From Clostridia bacterium (GTDB lineage Bacteria; Bacillota; Clostridia; RGIG6154), in contig JAZUPZ010000007.1 of assembly GCA_045605445.1 (NCBI GenBank), positions 2,924 to 66,923 of the forward strand: a stretch of 64,000 nucleotides of DNA, read 5' to 3'. A model generated the notes under the pieces. That model did not search any database, was not told where the DNA came from, and saw nothing but the letters and a program-made list of their open reading frames with translations. Below are positions 9,149 through 18,866 of this stretch, piece after piece. The first letter of the stretch is position 1. The number at the start of each line of letters is the position of its first letter. A program made the translations under genes and the position numbers.

Positions 9149-10283
9149 TTCAAAAAACAACAAGGTTCAGAACAGAAATATAATACTTAAAATAATGGCT
9201 CAGAATGCGCCCGTTTCAAGAATTGAGCTTGCAAGGGTAACAGGGCTTTCAAAAATGTCGTTAACAAACATAATTGCCGAGTTCAACGAAAACAACTGGG
9301 TAAAGGAAATAGGCATAGACGTAACCGGCACAGGCAAAAGAAAACCCGTTCTTCTTGATTTTGTAGATAACTGCCTTTGCGCAATAGGAATAAATTTAAC
9401 AAGAGATTATGTTGAAGGATGTCTTGCAGACATCAAGGGAAGTGTGGTATACTCTAAAAGAATTGCCATTGAAGAAAACGATGATAACGAGGCAATAGAA
9501 AATCATATGACCGAGCTGGTAAACTCCCTTATGAATATGGGTAAGCATAATGTAATCGGCATAGGAGTAAGCACCTTCGGTCCCGTTGACCTTAAAAACG
9601 GAATTATTTACAAGCCTACAAATTTTCACAATATAGAAAATTTCAACATTGTGAAGGCTATTAAAAACAATTATTCTCTCCCTGTTTTCATTCAGAAAAA
9701 CAATAACTGCGCAATACTTGCCGAAAAATATTACGGCTTGTGTAAGGAGGATTCTAACTTTTCATATATTGGTGTTTCAGGAGGCGTTGGCGCATCCTCT
9801 GTTGCAAATGACACCCTTATAACCGGCGAGAGCGGCTATTGCTGCGAAATAGGTCATATAACCATTGACTACAAGGGCGAGCCCTGCTCTTGCGGAAACA
9901 GAGGCTGTCTGGAAAAATATGCAAATATAAATAAATGTATTGAATATGTAAAAGAAAAACGCCCCGACGTTAAAAATCTCGACTTCAACAAGGTTGTGAA
10001 TATGACAAGGGAAGGGGATAAGGCTTCAGGTGAAGCAGTTGACCAATTATGCGGATATATCGCAATAGGAATTATAAATCTTATAAAAATTTATGATCCC
10101 ACAAAAATTATAATAGGAAGCGACATCGCCGTTGGCGGTGATATAATACTTGACAAAATCAAAAAGAGAGTTGCTCAAACAGTTGATTTTGACAAGATAT
10201 ACATTTCCAGATTCTACGACAAGAGCCCGCTTATCGGAGCGGCAACTCTGGTGTTTGAAAATATGTTTTTCGGGAATGTATAA
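9135..10283 (+). CDS. ROK-family transcriptional regulator
   Basis: 382 aa with an N-terminal HTH and a C-terminal sugar-kinase-like domain carrying the zinc motif CSCGNRGCLE. Confidence 0.7.
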   Translation: MIPNNSKNNKVQNRNIILKIMAQNAPVSRIELARVTGLSKMSLTNIIAEFNENNWVKEIGIDVTGTGKRKPVLLDFVDNCLCAIGINLTRDYVEGCLADIKGSVVYSKRIAIEENDDNEAIENHMTELVNSLMNMGKHNVIGIGVSTFGPVDLKNGIIYKPTNFHNIENFNIVKAIKNNYSLPVFIQKNNNCAILAEKYYGLCKEDSNFSYIGVSGGVGASSVANDTLITGESGYCCEIGHITIDYKGEPCSCGNRGCLEKYANINKCIEYVKEKRPDVKNLDFNKVVNMTREGDKASGEAVDQLCGYIAIGIINLIKIYDPTKIIIGSDIAVGGDIILDKIKKRVAQTVDFDKIYISRFYDKSPLIGAATLVFENMFFGNV

Positions 10284-10308
10284 TGACAGAAAGTGAGGCA
10301 TTGAAAAA

Positions 10309-12564
10309 ATGTTGTGTTCAAGATGTAACCAAAACCCGGCGGTGGTTTTTGTAAACCGAATGGAAAAGGGGAAAACCGTAAACGAGGGGTATTGTCTTAA
10401 ATGTGCAAGAGAGTTGAAAATAGGACCTCTTGATGATATGATTCAGAAAATGGGAATCTCCCCTGAGGAAATGGACCAGATGCAGGAGCAGTTCGATTCT
10501 ATGATGGAAATGATGGAAAACGGCGAAATGCCCGAAGAACTGCAGGAAATGGGACTTGCGGGAATGTTTCCTTTTCAGATGCCCGGCGGGGAAAGCCCCT
10601 CGGAGCCTGAGGAAAAAGGCAAAAAATCCGACAAGGCCGACAAAAAACAGAATAAAAAGAAAAGACTTATCGACACCTTTGGGACTAACCTTAACAAAAA
10701 AGCCGAAAAGGGTGGAATTGACAGGGTAATCGGAAGAGATAAAGAGCTTTCAAGAGTTATTCAGATTTTAAACAGAAGGTCGAAAAACAATCCGGCGCTT
10801 ATCGGTGAACCGGGCGTTGGAAAAACGGCTATTGCCGAGGCTCTTGCCCTTCGTATTTACGAAAAGCAGGTTCCTGCAAAGCTTATTGAAAAACAGGTTT
10901 ATCTGGTTGACTTTACCGCGCTTATTGCCGGAACTCAGTTCAGAGGACAGTTTGAGCAAAGGGTAAAAACCATAATCGAAGAGGTTAAAAAAGACGGTAA
11001 CATAATTCTTGTTATCGATGAAATTCATAACATCGTAAGCGGTTCAAGCAACGACGGCGCAATGTCTGCCGCAAATATTTTAAAGCCTGCCCTTGCAAGA
11101 GGCGATGTTCAGGTAATCGGCGCAACAACCCTTGCGGAATACAGAAAGTATATCGAAAAGGATGCGGCTTTGGAGCGACGTTTCCAGCCGGTTCTGGTAG
11201 AAGAGCCCTCGGTTGAGGAAACCATTGAAATTTTAAAGGGCATTAAGGAATATTACGAAAAGCACCACAGCATTATTTTAAAGGATGAAATTATAAAGCA
11301 GGCGGTTGTTCTTTCAAAAAGATTCATTCACGGAAGATTCCTTCCCGACAAAGCGATTGACGTAATCGACGAGGCGGGCTCTGCGGCAAACCTTGACAAT
11401 GAAATTTTAACCCAGATAACAATTCTTGAAAAACAGCTTAAAGAGGTTAAGGCAGAAAGAGAAGCCGAAGAGGCAAACACGGAAAACGAAGGCAATTTTG
11501 AAAAAATAGCAGGTCTTAAGAGCAGGGAATGTGCTCTTGAAAACCAGCTTGAAGCTTTAAAACCTCAGTGTGTACCAACGGTAATTGAAGCCGATGATGT
11601 GGCAAGAGTAATAGAAATGTGGACCAATGTTCCCGTTAAAAAGCTTACTCAGGAGGATACGGAAAAACTTAAAGATCTTGAGGCTGCATTAAAGAGCAAA
11701 ATAATCGGCCAGGATAAAGCGGCAGAAACCGTTTCCAAAGCAATTATGAGAAAAAGAGCAGGGGTTGAAGGAAGACTTCGCCCGACATCATTTATCTTTG
11801 TCGGACCTACGGGAGTAGGTAAAACCGAATTTGTAAAGGTTCTTGCTCAGGAACTTTTCGGTTCTTCGGAAGACCTTATAAGGCTTGATATGACAGAATA
11901 TCAGGAACAGCACAGCGTTTCAAAAATGATAGGCTCGCCTCCCGGCTATGTGGGCTACGATGAAGCGGGACAGCTTACAGAAAAGGTCAGAAGAAGACCT
12001 TACAGTGTTGTTCTTTTCGATGAGATTGAAAAAGCGCATCCAAGCGTGTATAATATATTATTGCAGATTCTTGACGAGGGCAGACTTACAGACTCTCAGG
12101 GCAGAGTAGTAAGCTTTGAAAACACGGTAATAATTTTAACATCAAATGCAGGAATCGGCTTTGGAACAGATTCTCTCGGATTTGTTTCAGCAGAGGAAAC
12201 TCTTGATAATGTGGCAAATCAGAAATTAAAGCAAATCTTCAAGCCTGAGCTGTTGAACAGAATTGATGAAATAATTATTTTCAACAAGCTGAAAAAAGAG
12301 GATTTTGAAAAAATTTGTCGAATTATAACAGGAGAAACAGAAAATGCCCTTCTCGAAAAGGGAATAACTCTCGTGGTTACGGACAAGGCAATTTCCTGTC
12401 TTGCCGATAAAGGATACAGCGAAAAATACGGGGCAAGAGAGCTCCGCAGAACTGTTCAGAAAGAAATTGGCAATGTAATAGCAGAAAAAATTATTACCGG
12501 CGCCGCACCTTTTGGAACCGTTATAACCGTTGATGAAAACAACGGAGAAATACAAATAAACTGA
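10309..12564 (+). CDS. clpE: ClpE-like ATP-dependent Clp protease ATP-binding subunit
   Basis: 751 aa. N-terminal zinc ribbon (CSRC...CLKC) and two AAA+ modules with GEPGVGKT and GPTGVGKT Walker A motifs. Confidence 0.7.
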   Translation: MLCSRCNQNPAVVFVNRMEKGKTVNEGYCLKCARELKIGPLDDMIQKMGISPEEMDQMQEQFDSMMEMMENGEMPEELQEMGLAGMFPFQMPGGESPSEPEEKGKKSDKADKKQNKKKRLIDTFGTNLNKKAEKGGIDRVIGRDKELSRVIQILNRRSKNNPALIGEPGVGKTAIAEALALRIYEKQVPAKLIEKQVYLVDFTALIAGTQFRGQFEQRVKTIIEEVKKDGNIILVIDEIHNIVSGSSNDGAMSAANILKPALARGDVQVIGATTLAEYRKYIEKDAALERRFQPVLVEEPSVEETIEILKGIKEYYEKHHSIILKDEIIKQAVVLSKRFIHGRFLPDKAIDVIDEAGSAANLDNEILTQITILEKQLKEVKAEREAEEANTENEGNFEKIAGLKSRECALENQLEALKPQCVPTVIEADDVARVIEMWTNVPVKKLTQEDTEKLKDLEAALKSKIIGQDKAAETVSKAIMRKRAGVEGRLRPTSFIFVGPTGVGKTEFVKVLAQELFGSSEDLIRLDMTEYQEQHSVSKMIGSPPGYVGYDEAGQLTEKVRRRPYSVVLFDEIEKAHPSVYNILLQILDEGRLTDSQGRVVSFENTVIILTSNAGIGFGTDSLGFVSAEETLDNVANQKLKQIFKPELLNRIDEIIIFNKLKKEDFEKICRIITGETENALLEKGITLVVTDKAISCLADKGYSEKYGARELRRTVQKEIGNVIAEKIITGAAPFGTVITVDENNGEIQIN

Positions 12565-12584
12565 CAAAAAGAGGAGAAATATTT

Positions 12585-15539
12585 ATGAAAAAGTTAGTAG
12601 CATTTTTAGTGGTATGCATGATGCTGTTGTCAACAGTACCGGCACTTGCCGACCACGTGAATCCTAATGTTCTTCCCGAAGGTTCTATTGCAAAATATGA
12701 CCAGTACTATGAGGATCTGAACGTTACAAGATACACACCGTGGATCAGACTCTACCACATGGAAACACCTGAAAAGTATGCAAAAGGCGCATACGGCGGC
12801 GAAGGCGGTCAGGTTGTAATGAGCATTGCAGCTTCGCCACTTAACCCCGATTATGTAATTATGGGTACAGATACCTCCGGCGCATGGCTCAGCCACGACG
12901 GCGGTGAAAACTGGATTCTTCTTGATGACAACGTTAACACCTGGGCAGTTCCCGATGTCAAATGGCATCCTACAAAAGAAAACGTAGTTTATATGGTTCA
13001 GGGTAACAGAGGAGGATATTCTGTTAAAACCTATGCTTCAACAGTCGGCGGTCTTTATAAATCAGAAGACGCAGGCTTGTCATGGAAACAGATTTCAACC
13101 CTTGATACGGTTACTCCCGGTAACCAGGCAGAAAACCTTATTAACTTCGACCAGTATGGTAATATTTACTACCTTTCTTCATCAGGTCTTATGAAATCAA
13201 CCGACGATGGCGAAAGCTGGACTTGCCTTGGTAAGCTTGTTGCAGATACAAGCGTAGATGTTGAAGAAGATAATACCGATGCCGATGAAGGCGGATCAGA
13301 TACAGATACAGAAGCAGATGGTAGCGGATCTTCAGTTCCTACAGCAACCTACAGCTTTGTTCCGGGCGATAATGCAGATGAAACCCTTGTTCCCGATGTA
13401 AAAAGAGCTGTTTTCTCAACTTATGTTTCTCCTGACGGACAGACTCTCGTGGTTACACTTTACAGCGGTATGTATATTTCCCGTGACGGCGGTGCTACAT
13501 GGGTAAGAGGCGGCGGAGATACAACAGGTATCAACTGTTACTCAATCGCAGTTGACCCGACAAATGCAAACCACTGGGTTGCAATTTACGCAGGTAATAA
13601 GGCATATACAACAACTGATGCAGGTTACACCTGGCAGTCAATGAATATAGCAACTTATAACAATGGCAAATATTATGCTGCATATGCAAAATTCGGTGCT
13701 CCCAAAGCAGACGGAACTCCAACCTTGTTTGTTATCTTCGGAAATATGAACAAGCCTTTCACCTTTGCTCTTGACGGTACAAGAACCGACTTTAATGCAT
13801 ATCTTGCAGAAAGAGTAACAGGCGGAGACTGGAAGAGACCTACTTTCGTAAATTCTTCTGACAGATTCCTCTACGGTGCTAGCGGTTACACCTGTGAAGG
13901 CTTTGCAGTTTGCGAAAGCGATCCTAACATTCTTTACTTCTCCTTCGGTGACATTCTTTATAAGTCAACCGACGGCGGTCTTACCTTTGAAAAGAAAAAC
14001 TCAGGTTATTCAGGTAACTATGTAAGACAGTTCTATTTTGATAAAAACAACAAGCTCTGGCTTGCATTTACAGATAAGGGACTTGCAGAAACTTCAGAAG
14101 TTTACGACGGTGAAAATCTTCCTACAGGTAAAATGATTGACTACAACGGCACAGCTGCCAGCGTTGTAATCGACCCTAACAATCCTGACCATATCTTCAC
14201 AAACAGAGGCGGCTGGTCATCTCAGACTTTAGTTGAATCAACAGACGGCGGTGCAACATGGAGCACTGTTAAAGATGCTGACGGCAATTCGCTGTCCTGC
14301 AGCTGGTCAATACTTAAATACATCGGTGACAACACCATTATGTCAACCAACTATAAGAGCACAGATAACGGTGCAACCTGGGTAAGACATACAGATGCCG
14401 AAGGTAATAACTACAGTGTTCTTGCAATGAGCAATGTTGACAACAACATTCTTTATTCAACATCAGGTCTTTCTGGTTCTAATCAGTACAAACGTTCAAC
14501 AGACGGCGGTCAGACCTGGAGAACATATTCAATTTCGGGTCAGATAACAGAAGTTTATCCCGATGAATTCGATGCAAACACAGTATGGTTCGGAACATAT
14601 GCGGGACATATGGTTAAAACCACTTTCAGTACTATCACAGGAAATGCTACAAACAGAATAAGAAACTCTGATAACGGAATTCCGCTTATCGGTCAGTATG
14701 ACTATGTTTCTGTTTATGCAATCAAGCAGAATCCGAAAGATAAAAACCACTTTGTTGCAGGCGGTAAGGCAACTCACGCAGGTCTTAAATCCTACGGTAT
14801 TATCGAATCAAAAGACGGCGGTACAACCTGGTATCAGGTAAAAGGCTTCAAGGGCGTTATGAACGTTCAGACTCTTGAATTCTCTCCTGTTTCAACAGAA
14901 GTATTCATCGGAACCTGCTCAAACGGTACTCTCGTTTATGACTATTCAAAATATTCGCCAACAAACAACAGCGTAATTTTTGATATGGATGGGCTTGATG
15001 TTGAAGCTCCCGCGACACTTACAGGTAACTATGGCGATGTTGTAACTCTTCCGGGTGTTGAAGCCGATGCAACATTTAGATTCAACGGCTGGACACAGGA
15101 ATATACAACCTATGATTTCTATGGCAAGCCTACAAAGGTTGTAAAAGAATATGCTCCGGGAGACAGCTTTGTGGTTGAATACACAGATATAACTCTTAAA
15201 GCAAACTATAACTATGTAACAGAAACAGTATTTGAAGTTTCAGAAGACGGCGAAAGCTTTGAAGAAATGCCAAAGCTTAAGAGCGGAATAATCAAAGCAA
15301 CAGCTCCTGTTACAACAACAGGTTCAGCAGTTCCCGTTCTCGGTCTTTATGATATTAACGACCCTTCAAAGGTTATTAAATTCGTAATTGGAGCTCCGGT
15401 TAATGTTGACGGAACACAGCAGGTTGAAGCAACAATCGACCTTACAGGGGTTGACACAACAAATACAATTCTTAAGTATTTCGTTTGGAACAGCCTCGAT
15501 GCGGCAGCTCCGTTGAGAATCGTAGAAGCAATCAAATAA
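12585..15539 (+). CDS. Secreted BNR/Asp-box repeat protein (GH74/sortilin-like beta-propellers) with an acidic linker
   Basis: 984 aa. Signal peptide, then at least 8 SxDxGxTW repeats, a D/E/T-rich linker and a C-terminal beta-rich region. Confidence 0.55.
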   Translation: MKKLVAFLVVCMMLLSTVPALADHVNPNVLPEGSIAKYDQYYEDLNVTRYTPWIRLYHMETPEKYAKGAYGGEGGQVVMSIAASPLNPDYVIMGTDTSGAWLSHDGGENWILLDDNVNTWAVPDVKWHPTKENVVYMVQGNRGGYSVKTYASTVGGLYKSEDAGLSWKQISTLDTVTPGNQAENLINFDQYGNIYYLSSSGLMKSTDDGESWTCLGKLVADTSVDVEEDNTDADEGGSDTDTEADGSGSSVPTATYSFVPGDNADETLVPDVKRAVFSTYVSPDGQTLVVTLYSGMYISRDGGATWVRGGGDTTGINCYSIAVDPTNANHWVAIYAGNKAYTTTDAGYTWQSMNIATYNNGKYYAAYAKFGAPKADGTPTLFVIFGNMNKPFTFALDGTRTDFNAYLAERVTGGDWKRPTFVNSSDRFLYGASGYTCEGFAVCESDPNILYFSFGDILYKSTDGGLTFEKKNSGYSGNYVRQFYFDKNNKLWLAFTDKGLAETSEVYDGENLPTGKMIDYNGTAASVVIDPNNPDHIFTNRGGWSSQTLVESTDGGATWSTVKDADGNSLSCSWSILKYIGDNTIMSTNYKSTDNGATWVRHTDAEGNNYSVLAMSNVDNNILYSTSGLSGSNQYKRSTDGGQTWRTYSISGQITEVYPDEFDANTVWFGTYAGHMVKTTFSTITGNATNRIRNSDNGIPLIGQYDYVSVYAIKQNPKDKNHFVAGGKATHAGLKSYGIIESKDGGTTWYQVKGFKGVMNVQTLEFSPVSTEVFIGTCSNGTLVYDYSKYSPTNNSVIFDMDGLDVEAPATLTGNYGDVVTLPGVEADATFRFNGWTQEYTTYDFYGKPTKVVKEYAPGDSFVVEYTDITLKANYNYVTETVFEVSEDGESFEEMPKLKSGIIKATAPVTTTGSAVPVLGLYDINDPSKVIKFVIGAPVNVDGTQQVEATIDLTGVDTTNTILKYFVWNSLDAAAPLRIVEAIK

Positions 15540-15565
15540 TTTTTGGGATGTAAAAAATGCCCAAA

Positions 15566-15600
15566 TCGCAAAAAGAACCGTGATTTTCACGGTTCTTTTT
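15566..15600 (+). terminator. Rho-independent terminator
   Basis: Hairpin AAGAACCGTGA...TCACGGTTCTT followed by a T-run. Confidence 0.7.
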
Positions 15601-15602
15601 TA

Positions 15603-15715
15603 CTACGAACAAACTTCACCGCTCGACGTACCTTCGTACGCCTTCGGGTATCCCAAAACAAGAAAAATCTTGTTTTGGTTCAGTTTGTCCGTTTTGGTCT
15701 ATTTTTTCCTATCCC
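15603..15715 (+). repeat. Modular intergenic repeat, A-type copy
   Basis: Shares ACAAACTTCACC...CGTACGCCTTCGGG...GGTTCAGTTTGT...ATTTTTTCCTATCCC with the copies at 20077, 61892 and 62105. Its internal hairpin ACAAG/CTTGT is compensated relative to the 20077 copy. Confidence 0.6.
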
Positions 15716-15860
15716 AAAAAACATTGTTCATTCTACATTATTTTTTGCCGTTTTAAAATGACGGGGACCCGTGTGTATTCGGGGTTATTATGTTTCTCAT
15801 GCGGCAGAATGGTTTTTTCGACGGGCTGAAGGCTTTCACCGGAGAATCCGTCTGCCCTGA

Positions 15861-15889
15861 TTGACACAAATTTACAAATAATGTATAAT
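15861..15889 (+). promoter_or_regulatory. Sigma-A-like promoter TTGACA-17-TATAAT
   Basis: Consensus -35/-10 with a 17 bp spacer directly upstream of the 15920 start. The ORF-track ATG at 15881 lies inside the -10 box. Confidence 0.55.
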
Positions 15890-15919
15890 AAATTAAGTAA
15901 ATTTTTCGGAGGAACAAGG

Positions 15920-17239
15920 ATGAAAGGAAAAGTTTTTATAGGCTGGAGCGGTACAAATAAACTTGCATACAAGGTTAAAGCAAGCCTTGAAAAGGAAAAC
16001 TACGAGGGTGTGGTAGGTGGCCAGTCGGGGCAGGATGGCGGGCTTTATGTAGGTGCTGTTGTGCTGAATGAAATCGACGGTTGCAACCAGGCATTGTTTG
16101 TTGTGCAGAAAAAAGAAAATGAAAGAATCAGCAACAATCTTATGTTCGAGCTCGGTTATGCTCTTGCCAAATTCAATGCAAATAAAATTCATGTTGTTTA
16201 CGTTGATATTGATTCCGAGGACAAGGAAATTCCTTCAGACTTAAAAGGAATATGGGCAAGCCATTGCAGTACTGAGGGCGACGAAAAAATAGAAGATGAA
16301 ATTGTTGGCAAGTTCCTTGAAAACCAGAAAAATATAATTCCTGAAGAGAAAATGAGCGTAATCGGTTCTTATTATCATATGAAGGAGCAAATTAAAAAAT
16401 ATGCCTATGCGCCTCATTGCTCAGAGTATGAATTTGCTCAGTATATTCTCTTTTTCTCCCAGGCGGCTTATATGTACAGCAATGAAAAGGATGCTTTAAG
16501 AGCGCTTAAAGAGCTTATGAACCGTCTTCCCAATCCGGCACCGTCTCTTGACAGTGCTGTAAGATTCGCCGTTTGCTATCTTGAACTTTTCCTTTTTGTT
16601 AAAAAGGAGGAGGACCGTCTTTTTATTGACCGTCACGACTTCAGAACCCTTAAACGTAAGCTTAAGAGTATTGAAGAGAAAGTTGAGCCTATGGAAAAGG
16701 ATGATTTTACCAAGTGGTTCCTTGTTTTTATAAACGATACCATAAATTATTCTCATATTCTCTATTCGTACAATAGCGAGCATACCGAAGAAGAAAAAGA
16801 AGAAATTTTAAACAACAGTATTCCTTATGCAGAAAAATGTCTTAAATATTGTGAAGAACTTAAGGAAAACAAGGCAAATGCCCTTTGCTTAGAGCTTTAT
16901 ACGGCGTATATGTACAGAAACTTATCTACGGCATATAAGCAGCTTCCGGAGGGAACTGAAAAATCTCACACATATCTTAACAAATCCTTTGAAGCAAGGA
17001 AAAAGCTTGTGGAATATTATGAAATGCACGATATAAGTACAAAGCTTTTTGACAATTTCGAGCTTGAATACTATCTTGCTCTGAGCGAATGTCTTGAGTT
17101 TGTAACCGATGAGGACGATTTTCTTGATTACAAATACGATTGTGAGGAATACATAAAAAGGGTTAAGGAGCTTAACCGTGAGAAATCTTATTTCATAAAT
17201 AAAATTGAAAGACTTGTTAAACTTTGCCCGGAGGAATAA
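15920..17239 (+). CDS. Protein with an N-terminal nucleoside 2-deoxyribosyltransferase-like (TIR-like) domain and a C-terminal alpha-helical domain
   Basis: N-terminus KVFIGWSG...LMFELGYALA matches the NDT-family FE(L/I)GYA catalytic-Glu motif. RBS GGAGGAACAAGG. The ~330 aa C-terminus is helical with no recognisable domain. Confidence 0.45.
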   Translation: MKGKVFIGWSGTNKLAYKVKASLEKENYEGVVGGQSGQDGGLYVGAVVLNEIDGCNQALFVVQKKENERISNNLMFELGYALAKFNANKIHVVYVDIDSEDKEIPSDLKGIWASHCSTEGDEKIEDEIVGKFLENQKNIIPEEKMSVIGSYYHMKEQIKKYAYAPHCSEYEFAQYILFFSQAAYMYSNEKDALRALKELMNRLPNPAPSLDSAVRFAVCYLELFLFVKKEEDRLFIDRHDFRTLKRKLKSIEEKVEPMEKDDFTKWFLVFINDTINYSHILYSYNSEHTEEEKEEILNNSIPYAEKCLKYCEELKENKANALCLELYTAYMYRNLSTAYKQLPEGTEKSHTYLNKSFEARKKLVEYYEMHDISTKLFDNFELEYYLALSECLEFVTDEDDFLDYKYDCEEYIKRVKELNREKSYFINKIERLVKLCPEE

Positions 17240-17242
17240 TTT

Positions 17243-18034
17243 ATGGAAAAACTGATAATTTTTGCAGATTACGGACTTGACGATGCCGCCGCAACGGTAA
17301 GTATTTTAAAAAAAGCAGAGAAATTTGAAAAAATATATTTCGTTCCCATCGGCGGAAACGTTCCCGTTACAATGTCATATAAAAACTGTCTTCTGCTTCT
17401 TTCTCATATCGGATGTGATGCTCTTGAGAAAATTGTTATAGTTGATACAACAAAAATAAAACAGCCCTCGGAGTATCTGGCAGAAATTCACGGAAAGGAC
17501 GGAATGGGAGATTTCTTTGAAGAAATCGAATGTAACCTTAACGTACGATATACAGACTTTGAGGAGTTTAAAAACGAGCTTGACGGAAGTGAAACCGTTT
17601 TAAGTCTCGGGCCTATGACTTTGGTTAAGGAGATAATGGAAAAACATCCCCATAAGCTTATAATTATGGGAGGCTGTGTAAACGAGGAACCTAATTTTAA
17701 AGGCTATGAATTTAATCACTGTCTTGACAAAGAAGCTTTTTCTTATTGTGTGAAATTTCCTCACAAGGCAATAACTCTTGACACCTGCCGTACGGAAAAA
17801 CTCGATGTAAGAAGAGTTGAAATAAAGGGCGAGGATGTTCATTCAAGAATATTAAAAGCCGACCAGAGGCTCAGCATAACAAGGGGAGAGGCCGGTTGCT
17901 ATGTGTGGGACGATGTTGCGGCTTGTTGCCTTCTTTATCCTGAAAGGTTTGAGGTTAAAGAGGAAATTGACCCATACGGGAATAAAATTTCCAACACCGT
18001 ATATATTTCAGACAAGCTTTATTGGGAAGAATAA
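17243..18034 (+). CDS. Inosine-uridine-preferring nucleoside hydrolase family protein
   Basis: The N-terminal motif IIFADYGLDDAAAT fits the IUNH DxDxGxDDA signature. 4 bp from the upstream gene, so operonic. Confidence 0.5.
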   Translation: MEKLIIFADYGLDDAAATVSILKKAEKFEKIYFVPIGGNVPVTMSYKNCLLLLSHIGCDALEKIVIVDTTKIKQPSEYLAEIHGKDGMGDFFEEIECNLNVRYTDFEEFKNELDGSETVLSLGPMTLVKEIMEKHPHKLIIMGGCVNEEPNFKGYEFNHCLDKEAFSYCVKFPHKAITLDTCRTEKLDVRRVEIKGEDVHSRILKADQRLSITRGEAGCYVWDDVAACCLLYPERFEVKEEIDPYGNKISNTVYISDKLYWEE

Positions 18035-18106
18035 TTTTTAAATTACAACTTTCTGTGTTTTTCTTTATGATAAAAGTTGATAAATTATCAAAAAATTTTG
18101 TAACTA

Positions 18107-18135
18107 TTGAAATTTTGCAAAGGTTATTATATAAT
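18107..18135 (+). promoter_or_regulatory. Promoter TTGAAA-17-TATAAT. A perfect palindrome TTGATAAATTATCAA sits upstream at 18077-18091.
   Basis: Read directly from the sequence. Confidence 0.4.
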
Positions 18136-18205
18136 AGGCGAATAACAAGAAAAAAGTTGAAAAAAGTTTAAGCTTTGTTCTTGAAAAAAGAAAGGGGTTT
18201 GAGAT

Positions 18206-18862
18206 ATGTTCTCAAAAAAGAATAACAATCTGGTTCATACTCTTATTATGGAACAGATAAGTGACATTGAAAACTGCGTTATAAATTTTGACAGCTTTGT
18301 TCGTGCAAACTGTACTCCCGATACATCACCGGAAACTCTTAATGATCTTGCTCAGGCAATCGGAAAAGCAGAGGCTATTGCGGATAATTCTTTAAGAAGA
18401 ATGATTGACTCTTTAGAGGGCGGACTTTTCCTTCCTTCAACAAAAGAGGAAATAATTTCAATTGCAACAAGCTGCGACAGAATTGCAAACAAATGTGAAA
18501 GTATGGCAAAAACAGCCGTTTTCCAGAAATTCACTTTCCCGCAGGAGTTCGCAGGTGAGCTTCTTGAAATCATTGCAATTACCCACAAACAGTTTGAAAT
18601 TCTTGAAGAAAGTATAAGTGGGCTTTTCTCAAATTTTGGAAAAATGCTCAAGGACCACTCAATTCTTGATGAAATCCGTTCAGAGGAAACTAAGATCGAC
18701 GTAATTGAGGAAGGTCTTTACGGAAAAATTTTTGACCTTGATGTTGAGCTGGCAAAGCAAATGCAGATTGCAAACTTTGTTGAAATGATCTGTGATATTT
18801 CCGACATTATTGAAAACATAGCAGACAAAATTCAGATTATGCTCGTTACAAGAAAGGCGTAA
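18206..18862 (+). CDS. DUF47 (PhoU-like, YkaA-type) phosphate-transport regulator-like protein
   Basis: 218 aa all-helical protein adjacent to a PiT transporter, the classic ykaA-pit pairing. Confidence 0.6.
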   Translation: MFSKKNNNLVHTLIMEQISDIENCVINFDSFVRANCTPDTSPETLNDLAQAIGKAEAIADNSLRRMIDSLEGGLFLPSTKEEIISIATSCDRIANKCESMAKTAVFQKFTFPQEFAGELLEIIAITHKQFEILEESISGLFSNFGKMLKDHSILDEIRSEETKIDVIEEGLYGKIFDLDVELAKQMQIANFVEMICDISDIIENIADKIQIMLVTRKA

Positions 18863-18866
18863 AAAG

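Noticed and set aside
15881-15919. ORF-track start codon at 15881 for the NDT-like gene
   Set aside because: That ATG lies inside the -10 box of a consensus promoter. An in-frame ATG at 15920 has a proper RBS (GGAGGAACAAGG), so the first 13 codons are probably not translated.
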